A stretch of DNA of 64,000 nt, from assembly GCF_000737315.1 (NCBI RefSeq), contig NZ_JMCB01000019.1:62001-126000 (forward strand). Direction: 5' to 3'. Positions within the stretch are counted from its first letter, which is position 1; every line of letters begins with the position of its first letter. A program made the translations under genes and the position numbers. Source of the DNA: Hyalangium minutum. GTDB lineage: Bacteria > Myxococcota > Myxococcia > Myxococcales > Myxococcaceae. Positions 17,716 to 27,661 of the stretch are shown here, one piece after another. The notes under the pieces were generated by a model. The model was not told where the DNA came from. It saw only the letters and a list, made by a program, of their open reading frames with translations, and ran no database searches.

Positions 17716-19281
17716 ATGGGTCAGGCCAAGCGCAAGGAGAAAGCCAAGGCGGAGGGGCTCGCCCGGAAGAGGGCCAAGGCTGTCGCCGCCCAGCAGGCGG
17801 ACGGCGGCACTCCGCAAAACAGCGCCGAGGCCCCTGCGCAGCCCCCCTCCGAGGCCGCAAGCACTCCCCCGGCCACTGCCGCCGAGGCGACTGCGGCTGC
17901 CGCCACGTTCACCCCCTGGGTCAAGCCCGAGGGCCTGTCCCGGCGCGGCTGGGCCGTGCTCGCCGTGGTGCTCGTGCTGTCGCAGTTCCCCCTGCTCCAC
18001 TACACCCTGCTGCGCGGCGAGCCCGAGGTGACGGTTCAGGTGCCCTACCAGCAGGACTTCTCGGATCCCTCCGTGGTGGACCGGGACTTCTACAGCCTGG
18101 GCGGGTACTGGCGCGTGGTGAATGGCCAGCTGCTGGCGCCACAGGTGAAGAACAACCCGCTCTGGCTCAAGGCCCGGCTTCCGGCGGATGTGGCGGTGGA
18201 GTTCGACGTGCGCTCGGAGTTCCCCGAGGGCGACATCCGCGTGGAGCTGTTCGGCGACGGCACCGACCCGGGCTCTGGGTACACGCTGGTGCATGGCGGA
18301 TGGAACAACACGTTGTCCGTGCTCTCGCGCAAGGACATCAACGCCCCGTCGCTGAAGCAGCTCCAGCAGAAGGCCTCTCTCGCGGCCGAGCGCCTGAAGC
18401 TGCCCAACGCGGACCTGGTCACCACCGGCGTCTTCAAGGCGGACACACGGGTGCGCGTGGAGTCCACCACCTTCCCCGTGCAGGTCGGTCGCAGCTACCA
18501 CTGGCGCATCGAGCGGCGCGGCACGCTGCTGCGCTGGAGCATCGACGGCCAGCCCTTCCTGGAGCTCACGGATCCGTTCCCGCTCCAGGGCCCTGGCCAG
18601 GACCGGCTCGGCCTGTCCGGCGCCGAGTCGCAGATCTTCTTCGACAACCTGCGCGTGCTGCCGGTGGACGCCTCGGTGCCGCTGGCGCCGCTGCCAGCTC
18701 CCGCCCCCACCCCGCCCCCTGGGCCCTTCTCGGACTCGTTCGACGAGCGCCAGACGCTGGGTGACGATTGGGTGGCCACCGACCCCTCGGCCGTGAAGCT
18801 GGAGAACGGGGCGCTGGTGGTGCAGACGGCGCACAACCGGCCGGTGTGGCTCAAGCGCCCCATCCCCACCGACGCCACCATCGAGTTCGATGCGTGGACG
18901 AACGATCCCGGCGGCGACATCAAGGTCGAGGCCTGGGGCGATGGCCGCTCCTTCTACGCCGGGGATCTGCGGATGCAGTACACGGCGAGCGGCTACGTCT
19001 TCATTTTCGGCGGCTGGCGCAACACCCAGTCCGTCATCGCTCGGCAGACCGAGCACACGCCGGACCGAGCGGTCCGGGACGGCCGGGCCGTGGAGCCTGG
19101 CAAGCGGTACCACTTCACCCTCACCCGCCGTGGGGCCACCATCGAGTGGCTCATCGACGGCGAGCCCTTCCTTTCGCTCCGGGATCCCTCACCGCTGGAA
19201 GGCCCTCGGAACCAGTACTTCGGGTTCTCGGGCTGGGAGACGAAGGTGTACTTCGACAATTTGAAGATCCGTCCGCTGTAG
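17716..19281 (+). CDS. Membrane-anchored protein with two tandem ConA/LamG-like beta domains
   Basis: Low-complexity N-terminus, one TM, then two homologous domains (NPLWLKARLP.DV.VEFD / NRPVWLKRPIP.DATIEFD; GGWNN / GGWRN; FDNLRV / FDNLKI). Confidence 0.7.
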   Translation: MGQAKRKEKAKAEGLARKRAKAVAAQQADGGTPQNSAEAPAQPPSEAASTPPATAAEATAAAATFTPWVKPEGLSRRGWAVLAVVLVLSQFPLLHYTLLRGEPEVTVQVPYQQDFSDPSVVDRDFYSLGGYWRVVNGQLLAPQVKNNPLWLKARLPADVAVEFDVRSEFPEGDIRVELFGDGTDPGSGYTLVHGGWNNTLSVLSRKDINAPSLKQLQQKASLAAERLKLPNADLVTTGVFKADTRVRVESTTFPVQVGRSYHWRIERRGTLLRWSIDGQPFLELTDPFPLQGPGQDRLGLSGAESQIFFDNLRVLPVDASVPLAPLPAPAPTPPPGPFSDSFDERQTLGDDWVATDPSAVKLENGALVVQTAHNRPVWLKRPIPTDATIEFDAWTNDPGGDIKVEAWGDGRSFYAGDLRMQYTASGYVFIFGGWRNTQSVIARQTEHTPDRAVRDGRAVEPGKRYHFTLTRRGATIEWLIDGEPFLSLRDPSPLEGPRNQYFGFSGWETKVYFDNLKIRPL

Positions 19282-19302
19282 ACGGGCCTCGAGGAAACAA
19301 AC

Positions 19303-20862
19303 GTGCGCAGAGTGGGAATCTTCGGTTGGGGTGTGGTGGCCCCGCGCTCCAAGGACATCGAAGCCTTCGAGCGGAACCTCGCCACCGCTGACAGCTGGCT
19401 GTCTCCCTTCAACGGCTTCGGTCCGGACAACTTCCTGGTGGGGATGCCGGACTTCGACTTCTCCGAGTACAAGCCGTGGGTGGACGCGCGCTTCCCGTCC
19501 AGCCGGTTTGCCCAGCTCGAGAAGAAGATGGGCAAGCCCACCCAGTACGCGATTGCCGCGTTCATCCAGGCGCTGCGGCAGAACCCGGGGCTGGAGCAGG
19601 AGCTGCAGGCGCTGGGCATCCGCTCGCACGTGTACGTGGGCACCGGCCTCGGCGACTTGCCGACCATCCATGACATTACGCTGGACCTGCACCGGGCCCA
19701 GCGGCGGTGGGATCGGTTCTGGGCGGACCCGTCGCGCAACGCAGCGCTGCGCCAGTGGCTGGAGACGCGCGAGCCCCGGCCGGGCCTGCCGCCCGCTCCG
19801 GAGACGGTGGACGAGCTGGAGCGCGATCAGGCCGAGGAGGCCTGGTGGCACTACTGGACGGAGCAGTCCCTGGAGCTGCGCGAGTACCTGAACGAGCTGC
19901 GGGACATTGAAGGGCTGGCGGTGGAAGGCGACGTGGAGTCCGCCAAGCTGGCCGTCATCAAGGAGAAGCGCACCCGCAACGCGAAGCTGCAGAAGAAGTG
20001 GGGCGCGCCCGAGCCGCCGTGGAACTCGGTGTCCTCCAACGTGCTGTGGAACATCCACAACGGCCCGGCGTCGCAGGTCTCCATGATGGGGAAGCTGACG
20101 GGGATGACGTTCGCGCCGGTGGCGGCGTGCTCCTCGTTTGGCTACGGGCTGAAGCTGGCGATGGATGCCATCCAGCGCGGCGACGCGAAGGCGGTGGTGC
20201 TGGGCATGACGGATCCACCGCCGCACCCGCTGGTGGTGGGCGGCTTCTACAACGCCCGGGTGATTGCCGCGGACCGCACGGTGTCCAAGCCGCTCACGGC
20301 GCTGCGGGGCACGCACATCGCGGGTGGCTCGGTGGTGTGGATCGTCGGGGACTGGGAGCACTTCACGGCCAAGGGCTTCAAGCCGCTGGGCATGGAGCCC
20401 ATGGCGGTGGGCGTCACTGCGGACGCGGACCACATCATCACCCCGTCCAAGGAGGGCCCCACGGCGGCCATCCACGCGGCGATGGCCCTGGCACAGTGCA
20501 AGCCGGACCAGATGGGCAGCTGGGACTTGCACGCCACGGCCACGCCGGGAGACTTCCTGGAGGTGGAGACGCTGCGGGGGCTGCTGCCCGAGTCCGTGCT
20601 CGTCACGGCGCGCAAGGGCACCTTTGGCCACGGCATGTCCGCGGGCGGAGGCTGGGAGCTGACGGCACAGTACCTGGGCTATGCCCGCGGCCACATCTTC
20701 CCCACGCCGCTGCAGGGCTCGGAGCTGAACCGGGAGATCGGCAAGGTGCACAGCCGGTTCGTCTACGATCAGGAGACTCCGGTGCCTCCTGGGCTGGCCG
20801 GCAAGCTCTCCATGGGCGTGGGCGGCATCAACGCCTGCGTCATCTCGCGTCCCTTGCGTTGA
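19303..20862 (+). CDS. Stand-alone beta-ketoacyl synthase (FabF-like) with a large insertion
   Basis: Catalytic Cys in VAACSS, His in HATAT and in KGTFGHGMSA, C-terminal MGVGGINA. Confidence 0.85.
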   Translation: MRRVGIFGWGVVAPRSKDIEAFERNLATADSWLSPFNGFGPDNFLVGMPDFDFSEYKPWVDARFPSSRFAQLEKKMGKPTQYAIAAFIQALRQNPGLEQELQALGIRSHVYVGTGLGDLPTIHDITLDLHRAQRRWDRFWADPSRNAALRQWLETREPRPGLPPAPETVDELERDQAEEAWWHYWTEQSLELREYLNELRDIEGLAVEGDVESAKLAVIKEKRTRNAKLQKKWGAPEPPWNSVSSNVLWNIHNGPASQVSMMGKLTGMTFAPVAACSSFGYGLKLAMDAIQRGDAKAVVLGMTDPPPHPLVVGGFYNARVIAADRTVSKPLTALRGTHIAGGSVVWIVGDWEHFTAKGFKPLGMEPMAVGVTADADHIITPSKEGPTAAIHAAMALAQCKPDQMGSWDLHATATPGDFLEVETLRGLLPESVLVTARKGTFGHGMSAGGGWELTAQYLGYARGHIFPTPLQGSELNREIGKVHSRFVYDQETPVPPGLAGKLSMGVGGINACVISRPLR

Positions 20863-20887
20863 GCGGAGCAGAAGACCGGGGCCTTGC

Positions 20888-21691
20888 TCAGGGGCCCTGG
20901 TCCTCCCGGACGAGGGGCAGCGCAAGCTCGAACTGCACCCCCTTGCCCGTCTGCGAGTGGACCTCGAGCGTGCCTCCGTGCGCGAGGGCGATCTGCCGCG
21001 CAAGGTAGAGGCCGAGCCCCAGCCCCTGTGAGCCTGAGCCGCGCACGAACCACTCGAAGAGCTGGGGCAGCAGGAGCGGCGGCACGCCTGGCCCCTGGTC
21101 CGTCACGGTGAGGAGCGCTCAGCACTCCAGCACGCCGCGCCGGACACCCTCCACCTCGAACGGGACGGCGATGTACGAGCGGATGCCCAGGCCATACTTG
21201 AGGCCCGGCAGCTCCTCGGGGTCCTCCTCCAAGTGCCCAGACAGGCCGGGCTGACCGGTCTCGAATACCTTCACGACGTTTCCGCGATTGGCGAGCTGAA
21301 GCCGGTCCAACCCCAGGCTCTTCTGCTTGCGCACCATGGGGGTGTCGCTGGTGCCGATGGCCACGAGCGTCTGGGTCTGCGGCTCCAGGAGAAAGGAGTC
21401 GACCTTTTCGGCGTGGAGCAAGTTGCCAATGAGCGCACTCGCGCGGTCCAGCGTCGCGCGAAGATCGGCCGCAGGCAGCTCGAGGATCTTCTCGAGGGCA
21501 TAGAGGAGCTCGTCTCTCCGCTCCTGCTCACTCTTAGGTCGTCCAGGTGACACGGAGAGGACGCTAAGCACCGGGAGATCCAGCGTGCATTGTCTCCAGG
21601 TCCCCCGCCTGCCCGGCTCCCTCCTGGGCAGCGCAGGAACGCCTGGGTGTACGCTCACCCTTCGTGCAAGCGCATCCAATGCGTGGAGCAC
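20888..21691 (-). pseudogene. Internally deleted GAF-histidine kinase
   Basis: The GAF N-terminal part ends GVLEC-TGA (stop 21119-21121). The same frame continues ALLTVTDQGPG..GLGLGLYLARQI..HGG.L (HATPase G1/G2 boxes). No HisKA H-box or N-box. Start uncertain. Confidence 0.75.
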
Positions 21692-21699
21692 CTGAAGGC

Positions 21700-22263
21700 T
21701 TACTTCTTCGGGTACTTCGCCAGCGCTTGAGCCTCCAGCGAGGCCGCGGCGTCTGGATCAATCACCTGGAGCAGTTCCAGCTCCAGTTCCAGGTCCCGGA
21801 AGGCGCGCTTCTGAAGAGGCGTCATGCCCGTGGTGTTGCTGTTGGAGGCGTTGACCATGGCCTCGTTGGCGGCCCGGGCGCTGCTCACAGGCCCCACGGT
21901 TCCCGCGTAGTGCACGGCCGTGGGCTGAGAGGAGGCGTCGTTGCGCATCACCCGCAGGACCGCGCCCCCTCCCCTCACGCGCATGCCTTCGATGAGGAAC
22001 CGGGTATACGAGTTGCCCAGCGTGCCGCCCCCGTTCTCCTTCCACTCGGTCTCCAGGATGAAGCGCTGGGGAATCTCCCGCCACGAGTACCCCTTGTCCT
22101 CCAGCACCGCCTTCACCTGCGGCCACATCTCCTCGAGCGGCTGCGCGTAGACATGCTCCGCGGCCCGGTCCCTCACGTAGTTCTCCCGTTGCTGGGCGGC
22201 ACAGCCCGCCAGCAAGGCCACGGCCAGGACCACGGAACCCCACGAAAACGCAGGACGCGACAT
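21700..22263 (-). CDS. Hypothetical lipoprotein
   Basis: ATG at 22263, lipobox LLAGC, ETEW motif as in outer-membrane-associated lipoproteins. Confidence 0.7.
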   Translation of the reverse strand: MSRPAFSWGSVVLAVALLAGCAAQQRENYVRDRAAEHVYAQPLEEMWPQVKAVLEDKGYSWREIPQRFILETEWKENGGGTLGNSYTRFLIEGMRVRGGGAVLRVMRNDASSQPTAVHYAGTVGPVSSARAANEAMVNASNSNTTGMTPLQKRAFRDLELELELLQVIDPDAAASLEAQALAKYPKK

Positions 22264-22283
22264 GCAGCCCTCCAGCGGAGCGC

Positions 22284-23135
22284 TCATTGGCAGGTGGCCG
22301 TCTCCAGCTTCACGCGGACCGTCTGCGTCCAAGAGGGCGACAGCAGGCCCGGCCTGCACTTCCAGTAGCCGTCATCCTGCGCACACGACAAGGCGCACGG
22401 CCCCAGCACCATGAGGCCGCACAGCGGCACGTCATCGCACAGCCGCTGCCCGAGCAGGGGCAACCCCAGGAAGCCGCAAGACTGGGGCAGCAGTCCCTCC
22501 CAGCACACGTACAGATTGAAGGCCGGCAGAATCCCCAGCAGCGGCGTGGTGGAAGAGAACAGGTCCCCGAACGCGGTCGACTCCATGATGGGATATTGCG
22601 AGCTGAACGTCGCGTTCCGCTCGATGGCCGGGTGACTGCCCTCGAGCAGGATGGGCACATGCGTCCCGTAGTAGTTCAGCCGCTGCACCATGCACCCTGT
22701 CACGTACCGGCGGCCATCCACATCCAGCGCCCCGCTCTGCCACGACGGCGCCAGCCCCCACCACCCCGTATAGAACTCACCCGTCACCGGATCCTGCACG
22801 GACTGATCCTGTGTGAGGGCACACTCGACCGCGGAGCGCAGCACCTCGCGGCAATCCTGAGAGACCTGCGTCAGCGGAATGCTGAGCAGCTGTCCTCCTC
22901 CCCGGTCGAGCGCGGCGCCGCCCATCGTCCGGAGGGCTTGCTGCACGCTGTGAGCCCAGAAGCACGCGGGGCGGGTGCCGTTCCTCCCATTGGGAGGAGG
23001 CCGCGGATCCAGCGCCGCCTGTTCCACCGTGGCGAGAGAGCTGCTCGTTTCAGGCATCTCCTCGACGCCTCCACAGCCGAAGACACCGGCCAGAAAGAAA
23101 ACCCATAGCACACGGAAACCAGCGGTCTGAAACAC
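22284..23135 (-). CDS. Cys-rich hypothetical lipoprotein
   Basis: GGAGG 8 nt upstream of GTG 23135, lipobox GVFGC, WGLAPSW and GCMVQRLNYYG.VPILLEG motifs, many Cys. Confidence 0.65.
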   Translation of the reverse strand: MFQTAGFRVLWVFFLAGVFGCGGVEEMPETSSSLATVEQAALDPRPPPNGRNGTRPACFWAHSVQQALRTMGGAALDRGGGQLLSIPLTQVSQDCREVLRSAVECALTQDQSVQDPVTGEFYTGWWGLAPSWQSGALDVDGRRYVTGCMVQRLNYYGTHVPILLEGSHPAIERNATFSSQYPIMESTAFGDLFSSTTPLLGILPAFNLYVCWEGLLPQSCGFLGLPLLGQRLCDDVPLCGLMVLGPCALSCAQDDGYWKCRPGLLSPSWTQTVRVKLETATCQ

Positions 23136-23254
23136 GGGGGTAACCTCCACACCTTTGTCTGTCTTTATTGCCGGGGGATTGTCTGCCCAAACTAGGTACG
23201 AACAAGCGTTTTCCAAGTGCTCTCAGGCAACCCCGAAGTTCGAGAAAGTGCACA

Positions 23255-26200
23255 CTAGCGAACAAGCCCCCTGGCCTCTGCCAAGAGGTGTGGGTGCGCT
23301 CGGGCCACCTGGTGATTCTCCTGAAGCGCGGCCTGGAAAGACTCCGTCGCGCGAAGGGCTTCCTCGGCACGAACCGTTGACGCGGAGACCAGCCGGGCCC
23401 GCTGCAGGTGGAGCCAGCCCTGCGCGAAGAGCGCCTCGGGGTTGTGGGGGTTCTTCGAGAGCGCCTGCTGAGCCTGGAACAGGCCGCTGCGCAGCGCCTC
23501 CTCGGCCCCGAGGCCCCGACGCGTCAGCACGGCCGCGCGCTCGGCGTAGAGCTCGGCGGCCACCTGATGAGGCCTGCTGTCCCAATTCGAAGTGGCAAGC
23601 AACGGACGCAGCGCCTCGAAGCCCGCCGCAAAGTGCGCCTCCGGGTCCTCCCCCCGGCGCACGGCCGCACGCAGAGCGGTGAGCTCCAGCTTCGCCGCGA
23701 TCAGAACAGTTGAGGTCCCTAGCACCGCACCTGGCTCGCCCGCCTTCCGCACCGCGGCACGCGCACGAGCCAGCACTGGCGAAGGATCCCGCCCCTCGTG
23801 CAGTTCGACCTCGGCCTCAAGCAGGTAGCACTGGGCCAATTCCGCCAACAGCCAGGGATCCTCGGGGAGCTCTCCCCCCGCCGCGCGAATCGCCTCGAAG
23901 GCAGCCGCCAGGGAGCCACGCGGATCCCGCTGCTGCACGAAATCATGATGGGCCTGGAGCCTGTGAGCGCGGGCCTTCCACAGCGCGACGACGGAGGGCT
24001 GCGAGCCTGTCTGCTCGAACTGGGACACTGCGCTGGAGAGCGTTCGCAGCGCCTCGGGGGCCTCGCGCCCATGGCCTATCTCCACCTCGAGCCGCAGCGT
24101 CGCGGCCTCCAGCTTGCCGCCCATCGGCAATAAGAACCGAGCATCAAGCGCCAGGGCCCGCTCGTACTGACGCAGCGCACTTTCCAAGTATGGCGCAGCC
24201 TCCTGGCCTCTCATGATGGCCTCTTTCCCCTCCTCGAGGTAGGCGTCCCCCAGTTCATTGACCGCCCAGGTAAAGAATGGATCCAGCGAGAGCACGCGCT
24301 GGTAGGCCTCGATCGCTGGCGCCATGGAGGACTCTCGGCCGAGTTGGTCCAGCAGCTGCGCCCGCAGCGAGAGGGACTGGGCGACCGCATAGTGCGCCAT
24401 GACCTCTCGCGGGAGCGCCCGGACGCCTTCCTCGGCGGCCGCCAGCGCCTCCTCCACCTGGAAAAGCGTGTCGGGCGAGGCGTTGTTCATGGCCACATGG
24501 GCGCGCGCCACGAGCACGAGCGCCCGCTGCATCCGGGCCGTGCCATCCCTCGAGCTGGCCTGCACCGCGCGGCCACAAGCCTGCTCGGCGGCCTGGAGCG
24601 GCGGGCCGGGCGGCACTCCTTGCGAGAACGCCGCCCACCCCAGCTTCTCCCAGAGCATGCACTGCGCCAGATAGAGCGAGGGATCGCTGCTGCCGATCTC
24701 CACCGCCACCTGGTACGCCTCAGCGGCCCGGTCGAAGTAGCCCTTCATCTTCTCGTAGTCGAACGCCGCGTCGTGCCGGTACTTGCTGCCCTCGGCGAAC
24801 AGCGCGTCCCCCTCGAGCTTCTTGGGCTCGTACATCCACGGCGCCTGGGCAAATGCCGCCCGCGCCTTCTCAATCGCCGCCTCATGGTCTCCCTGGTACA
24901 GGGCGATCAGTCCCTCCGCGTACGCGGGCACCTCCAGCGTGGCACCCACCGCCGAGCGCAGGTGCCGGAGCGCTGGATCCCTCAGCTCCTGGTGGAGCAG
25001 GGCCTCCTTCTTCTGGCGCTCCTGGACGTCGGTGATGCGCCGGGTGTCCTCCAGCGCGCGCCGGAAGAGCTCTCCCAGGGCCCGGCCCAGCGCGTACTCG
25101 AGGTTCGCGGACCGGTACCCCGCCGCCAGTGCCTTCTCCAGGTGCTCGCGCGCCCGCTCGGTGTCCCCGAGCGCCAGCTGCCCCACTCCAATCGCATAGT
25201 GCCCGGGCCCCACGCCGGCCTTCTCCAGTCCGCCCATGCGCCGTTCAATCTCTCCGAGCGTGGCGCGCACCACGTCCCGCTCCCGCTCCACGTCGTGGAG
25301 GGGCAGCCCATAGGCCGAGCGAAGAAACAGCTCCATCTCCTTCACGTGCTCGCCCAGCTCCTGCGCGAGCCGGGCCTGCTCCGCCGCGCGCCGCTGCGCA
25401 CTCACCCAGACGCCCCCCAGCGCCAGCGCTCCCACCCCCAGCGCCGCCAGGCTCACCGAGAGCAGCTTGTGCCGCACGGCCTTCTTCCAGAGCTGGCGCC
25501 CCCAGGAAGCCCTTCGCGCCTGCGTCTGCTCGCCAGCCAGGGCCCGCTGCAGATCCTCGGCGAGCGCCCGGGCGGAGTCGTACCGGCGCGCCGGATCGCG
25601 CTCCAGGCACTTCATGACGATCGTCTCGATGGCCTTCGGCACTCCCAGCTTCAGCCGGCTCAGCGGAAGCGGATCCTCCACCGCGGACATCACCAGCACC
25701 TTCCACGGGACATCCGCGACGAACGGCGGGCGCCCGGCGATGACGTCGTACAGCGTGGCGCCCAGCGAATAGACATCCGTGCGCCGATCCAACTGGTGCA
25801 CGTCTCCGTTGGCCTGCTCGGGAGACATATACGCGGGCGTCCCGAGCACCTCGCCCGTCTGGGTCTGCCCGTGCTCCTCCACCTGGCGCACCAGACCGAA
25901 GTCCACGACGTACGGCTTCCACGTGCCGTCCTCGCGCTGCTCCACGAGGATGTTCCCGGGCTTGAGGTCCCGGTGAATCATCCCCAGCCGGTGCGCCTCG
26001 TGCACAGCCCAGGCCACGTCCTGGATGAGCTTCACCTGCTGCTCGAGCGTCAGCCTGTCCCTCACACTCGCCAGCGGCTCCCCATCAATGAATTGCATGA
26101 CGATGTAGGGCTCACCCTCGGCCTCGCCCACTTCGTACACGCGGCACACGTGCTCGTGCTGGATGCGCGCCTGAGCCCGCGCCTCGGCGAGGAATCTCTT

Positions 26201-26440
26201 ACCGAGCGACGGCTCATTCCCTCTCAACAGCTTCAGCGCGACGATGCGACCCAGCCGGGGATCCACCGCCCGGTAGACGGTGCCCATGGCCCCTTCGCCC
26301 GCAAGCTGAAAGTCCTTGTAGCGAGCCGCCAGGGCGGGAGGAATTCGCGTCCGCGAAGGAGTCGCCTGTGGCGGCCGTGAGTCCCCAGGCCCGAGTGTCA
26401 GCTCGGGCTCCATCGCGCTATGGCGGTCCTCCTTCGACAT
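23255..26440 (-). CDS. Ser/Thr protein kinase with TM and TPR-like C-terminal region
   Basis: GEGAMGTVY, VALK, HRDLKPGN, DFG, GTPAYMSPEQ, DVYSLG. TM LLSVSLAALGVGALALGGVWV. Start chosen at MSKED (26440). Confidence 0.9.
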   Translation of the reverse strand: MSKEDRHSAMEPELTLGPGDSRPPQATPSRTRIPPALAARYKDFQLAGEGAMGTVYRAVDPRLGRIVALKLLRGNEPSLGKRFLAEARAQARIQHEHVCRVYEVGEAEGEPYIVMQFIDGEPLASVRDRLTLEQQVKLIQDVAWAVHEAHRLGMIHRDLKPGNILVEQREDGTWKPYVVDFGLVRQVEEHGQTQTGEVLGTPAYMSPEQANGDVHQLDRRTDVYSLGATLYDVIAGRPPFVADVPWKVLVMSAVEDPLPLSRLKLGVPKAIETIVMKCLERDPARRYDSARALAEDLQRALAGEQTQARRASWGRQLWKKAVRHKLLSVSLAALGVGALALGGVWVSAQRRAAEQARLAQELGEHVKEMELFLRSAYGLPLHDVERERDVVRATLGEIERRMGGLEKAGVGPGHYAIGVGQLALGDTERAREHLEKALAAGYRSANLEYALGRALGELFRRALEDTRRITDVQERQKKEALLHQELRDPALRHLRSAVGATLEVPAYAEGLIALYQGDHEAAIEKARAAFAQAPWMYEPKKLEGDALFAEGSKYRHDAAFDYEKMKGYFDRAAEAYQVAVEIGSSDPSLYLAQCMLWEKLGWAAFSQGVPPGPPLQAAEQACGRAVQASSRDGTARMQRALVLVARAHVAMNNASPDTLFQVEEALAAAEEGVRALPREVMAHYAVAQSLSLRAQLLDQLGRESSMAPAIEAYQRVLSLDPFFTWAVNELGDAYLEEGKEAIMRGQEAAPYLESALRQYERALALDARFLLPMGGKLEAATLRLEVEIGHGREAPEALRTLSSAVSQFEQTGSQPSVVALWKARAHRLQAHHDFVQQRDPRGSLAAAFEAIRAAGGELPEDPWLLAELAQCYLLEAEVELHEGRDPSPVLARARAAVRKAGEPGAVLGTSTVLIAAKLELTALRAAVRRGEDPEAHFAAGFEALRPLLATSNWDSRPHQVAAELYAERAAVLTRRGLGAEEALRSGLFQAQQALSKNPHNPEALFAQGWLHLQRARLVSASTVRAEEALRATESFQAALQENHQVARAHPHLLAEARGLVR

Positions 26441-26498
26441 GGACGTTCTCGGTAACAACGTACACCCGTCCATGCACTGGCTGTATGTAAGGAAAACC

Positions 26499-27593
26499 CT
26501 ATCCTTTTGGCACAGCCACCAAATCAAAGTCTGGGATTTGCTCGCGCATGTACTCGCGCATGCGGTTGATGAGCGCCGCCTCGATTTGCCGCGCCCGCTC
26601 CCGGCTTACCCCATACTTGTCGCCAATGTCTTGCAGGGTGAGGGGTTCGTCCGCTGTGAGACGGTTCTCGAAGATGAACCTCTCTTTGCCCTCCAACGAT
26701 TTGGCGAACTCCGTCAGCTTCTCGCGGAAGAGGGCTTTGAGTTCCTCGTTGCCCAGGTTCTCTTCGGCGCCCGCGGCGGACGAGGGCAGGAAGCGGTCAG
26801 CGCGCGTGTTCTTCGGGTCATCCCCGAACGGCGCGTCGATGGACAGCTCGTCATGCCCGAGCCGCTGGTCCATCTCCACCACGTCCTGCTCGGTGACGTT
26901 GAGCCGCTCGGCCAGCAGCTTGGGGTTGGGCTCGAAGCCCTGGGCCATGAGCTTGTCCTGCTCCTGGCGCAGCTTGAAGAAGAGCTTCCGCTGGGCCTCC
27001 GTCGTCCCCAGCTTCACCATCTTCCAGTTGTCCATGATGTAGCGGAGGATGTACGCCCGGATCCACCACGCGGCGTACGAGCTGAGCTTCACGCCCCGGT
27101 CCGGATCGTACTTCTTCACCGCCTGCATCAGGCCGATGTTGCCCTCCTGAATGAGGTCCAGCAGGGACAGCGGGTTGCGGTGGTACTCGTGGGCCAGCTT
27201 CACCACCAGCCGCAGGTTGGAGGCCACCAGCCGGTAGGCCGCCTGGACATCCCCCGTTTGCTGGTACTTCTTGGCGAGCGTGTGCTCCTCCTCCCGGGAG
27301 AGGAGGGCGTGGCGGGTCACCTCCGCCATGTAGGCCTGGAGGGGGTCCCTGCGCGTGAGCCCTGACTCGCCCGCCGGCACCAGGGCCACCGAGGGCTTCG
27401 CCTTCCCCTCCGGGACCTCGAGCTCGGCGTCCACCTCGGCCAGTTCCTCGGGCTCGGGCTCCAGGGCCTCGGGCTCTACCGCCTCGGCCTCCGCCTGCCC
27501 CTCGGGGGCCTCCGCCTCCGGGGACGGGGCCTCCGAGCGCTTCGCTCGGGGCCGGGAGGCCGTGATTTTGGTTCTCTTCCTCCCATTCGCCAT
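26499..27593 (-). CDS. RpoH-like (sigma32 family) RNA polymerase sigma factor
   Basis: DPLQAYM, SNLRLVVKLA, DLIQEGNIGLMQAV, SYAAWWIRAYI, RpoH-box-like QRKLFFKLR, TLQDIG..VSRERARQIE. Confidence 0.92.
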   Translation of the reverse strand: MANGRKRTKITASRPRAKRSEAPSPEAEAPEGQAEAEAVEPEALEPEPEELAEVDAELEVPEGKAKPSVALVPAGESGLTRRDPLQAYMAEVTRHALLSREEEHTLAKKYQQTGDVQAAYRLVASNLRLVVKLAHEYHRNPLSLLDLIQEGNIGLMQAVKKYDPDRGVKLSSYAAWWIRAYILRYIMDNWKMVKLGTTEAQRKLFFKLRQEQDKLMAQGFEPNPKLLAERLNVTEQDVVEMDQRLGHDELSIDAPFGDDPKNTRADRFLPSSAAGAEENLGNEELKALFREKLTEFAKSLEGKERFIFENRLTADEPLTLQDIGDKYGVSRERARQIEAALINRMREYMREQIPDFDLVAVPKG

Positions 27594-27661
27594 GGGTTCT
27601 CCATACAGCAGAGTACGGCTCTTGTTGCCAGAGGGTAATACAGGGGCTATGCCGCTGCCTG

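Noticed and set aside
19303-20862. PKS/NRPS biosynthetic gene cluster
   Set aside because: A single ketosynthase with no ACP, AT, chain-length factor or tailoring genes nearby.
21119-21121. TGA readthrough or selenocysteine in the histidine kinase
   Set aside because: Readthrough would still give a protein lacking HisKA and the N-box. A deletion explains it better, and I could not recognise a SECIS-like element.
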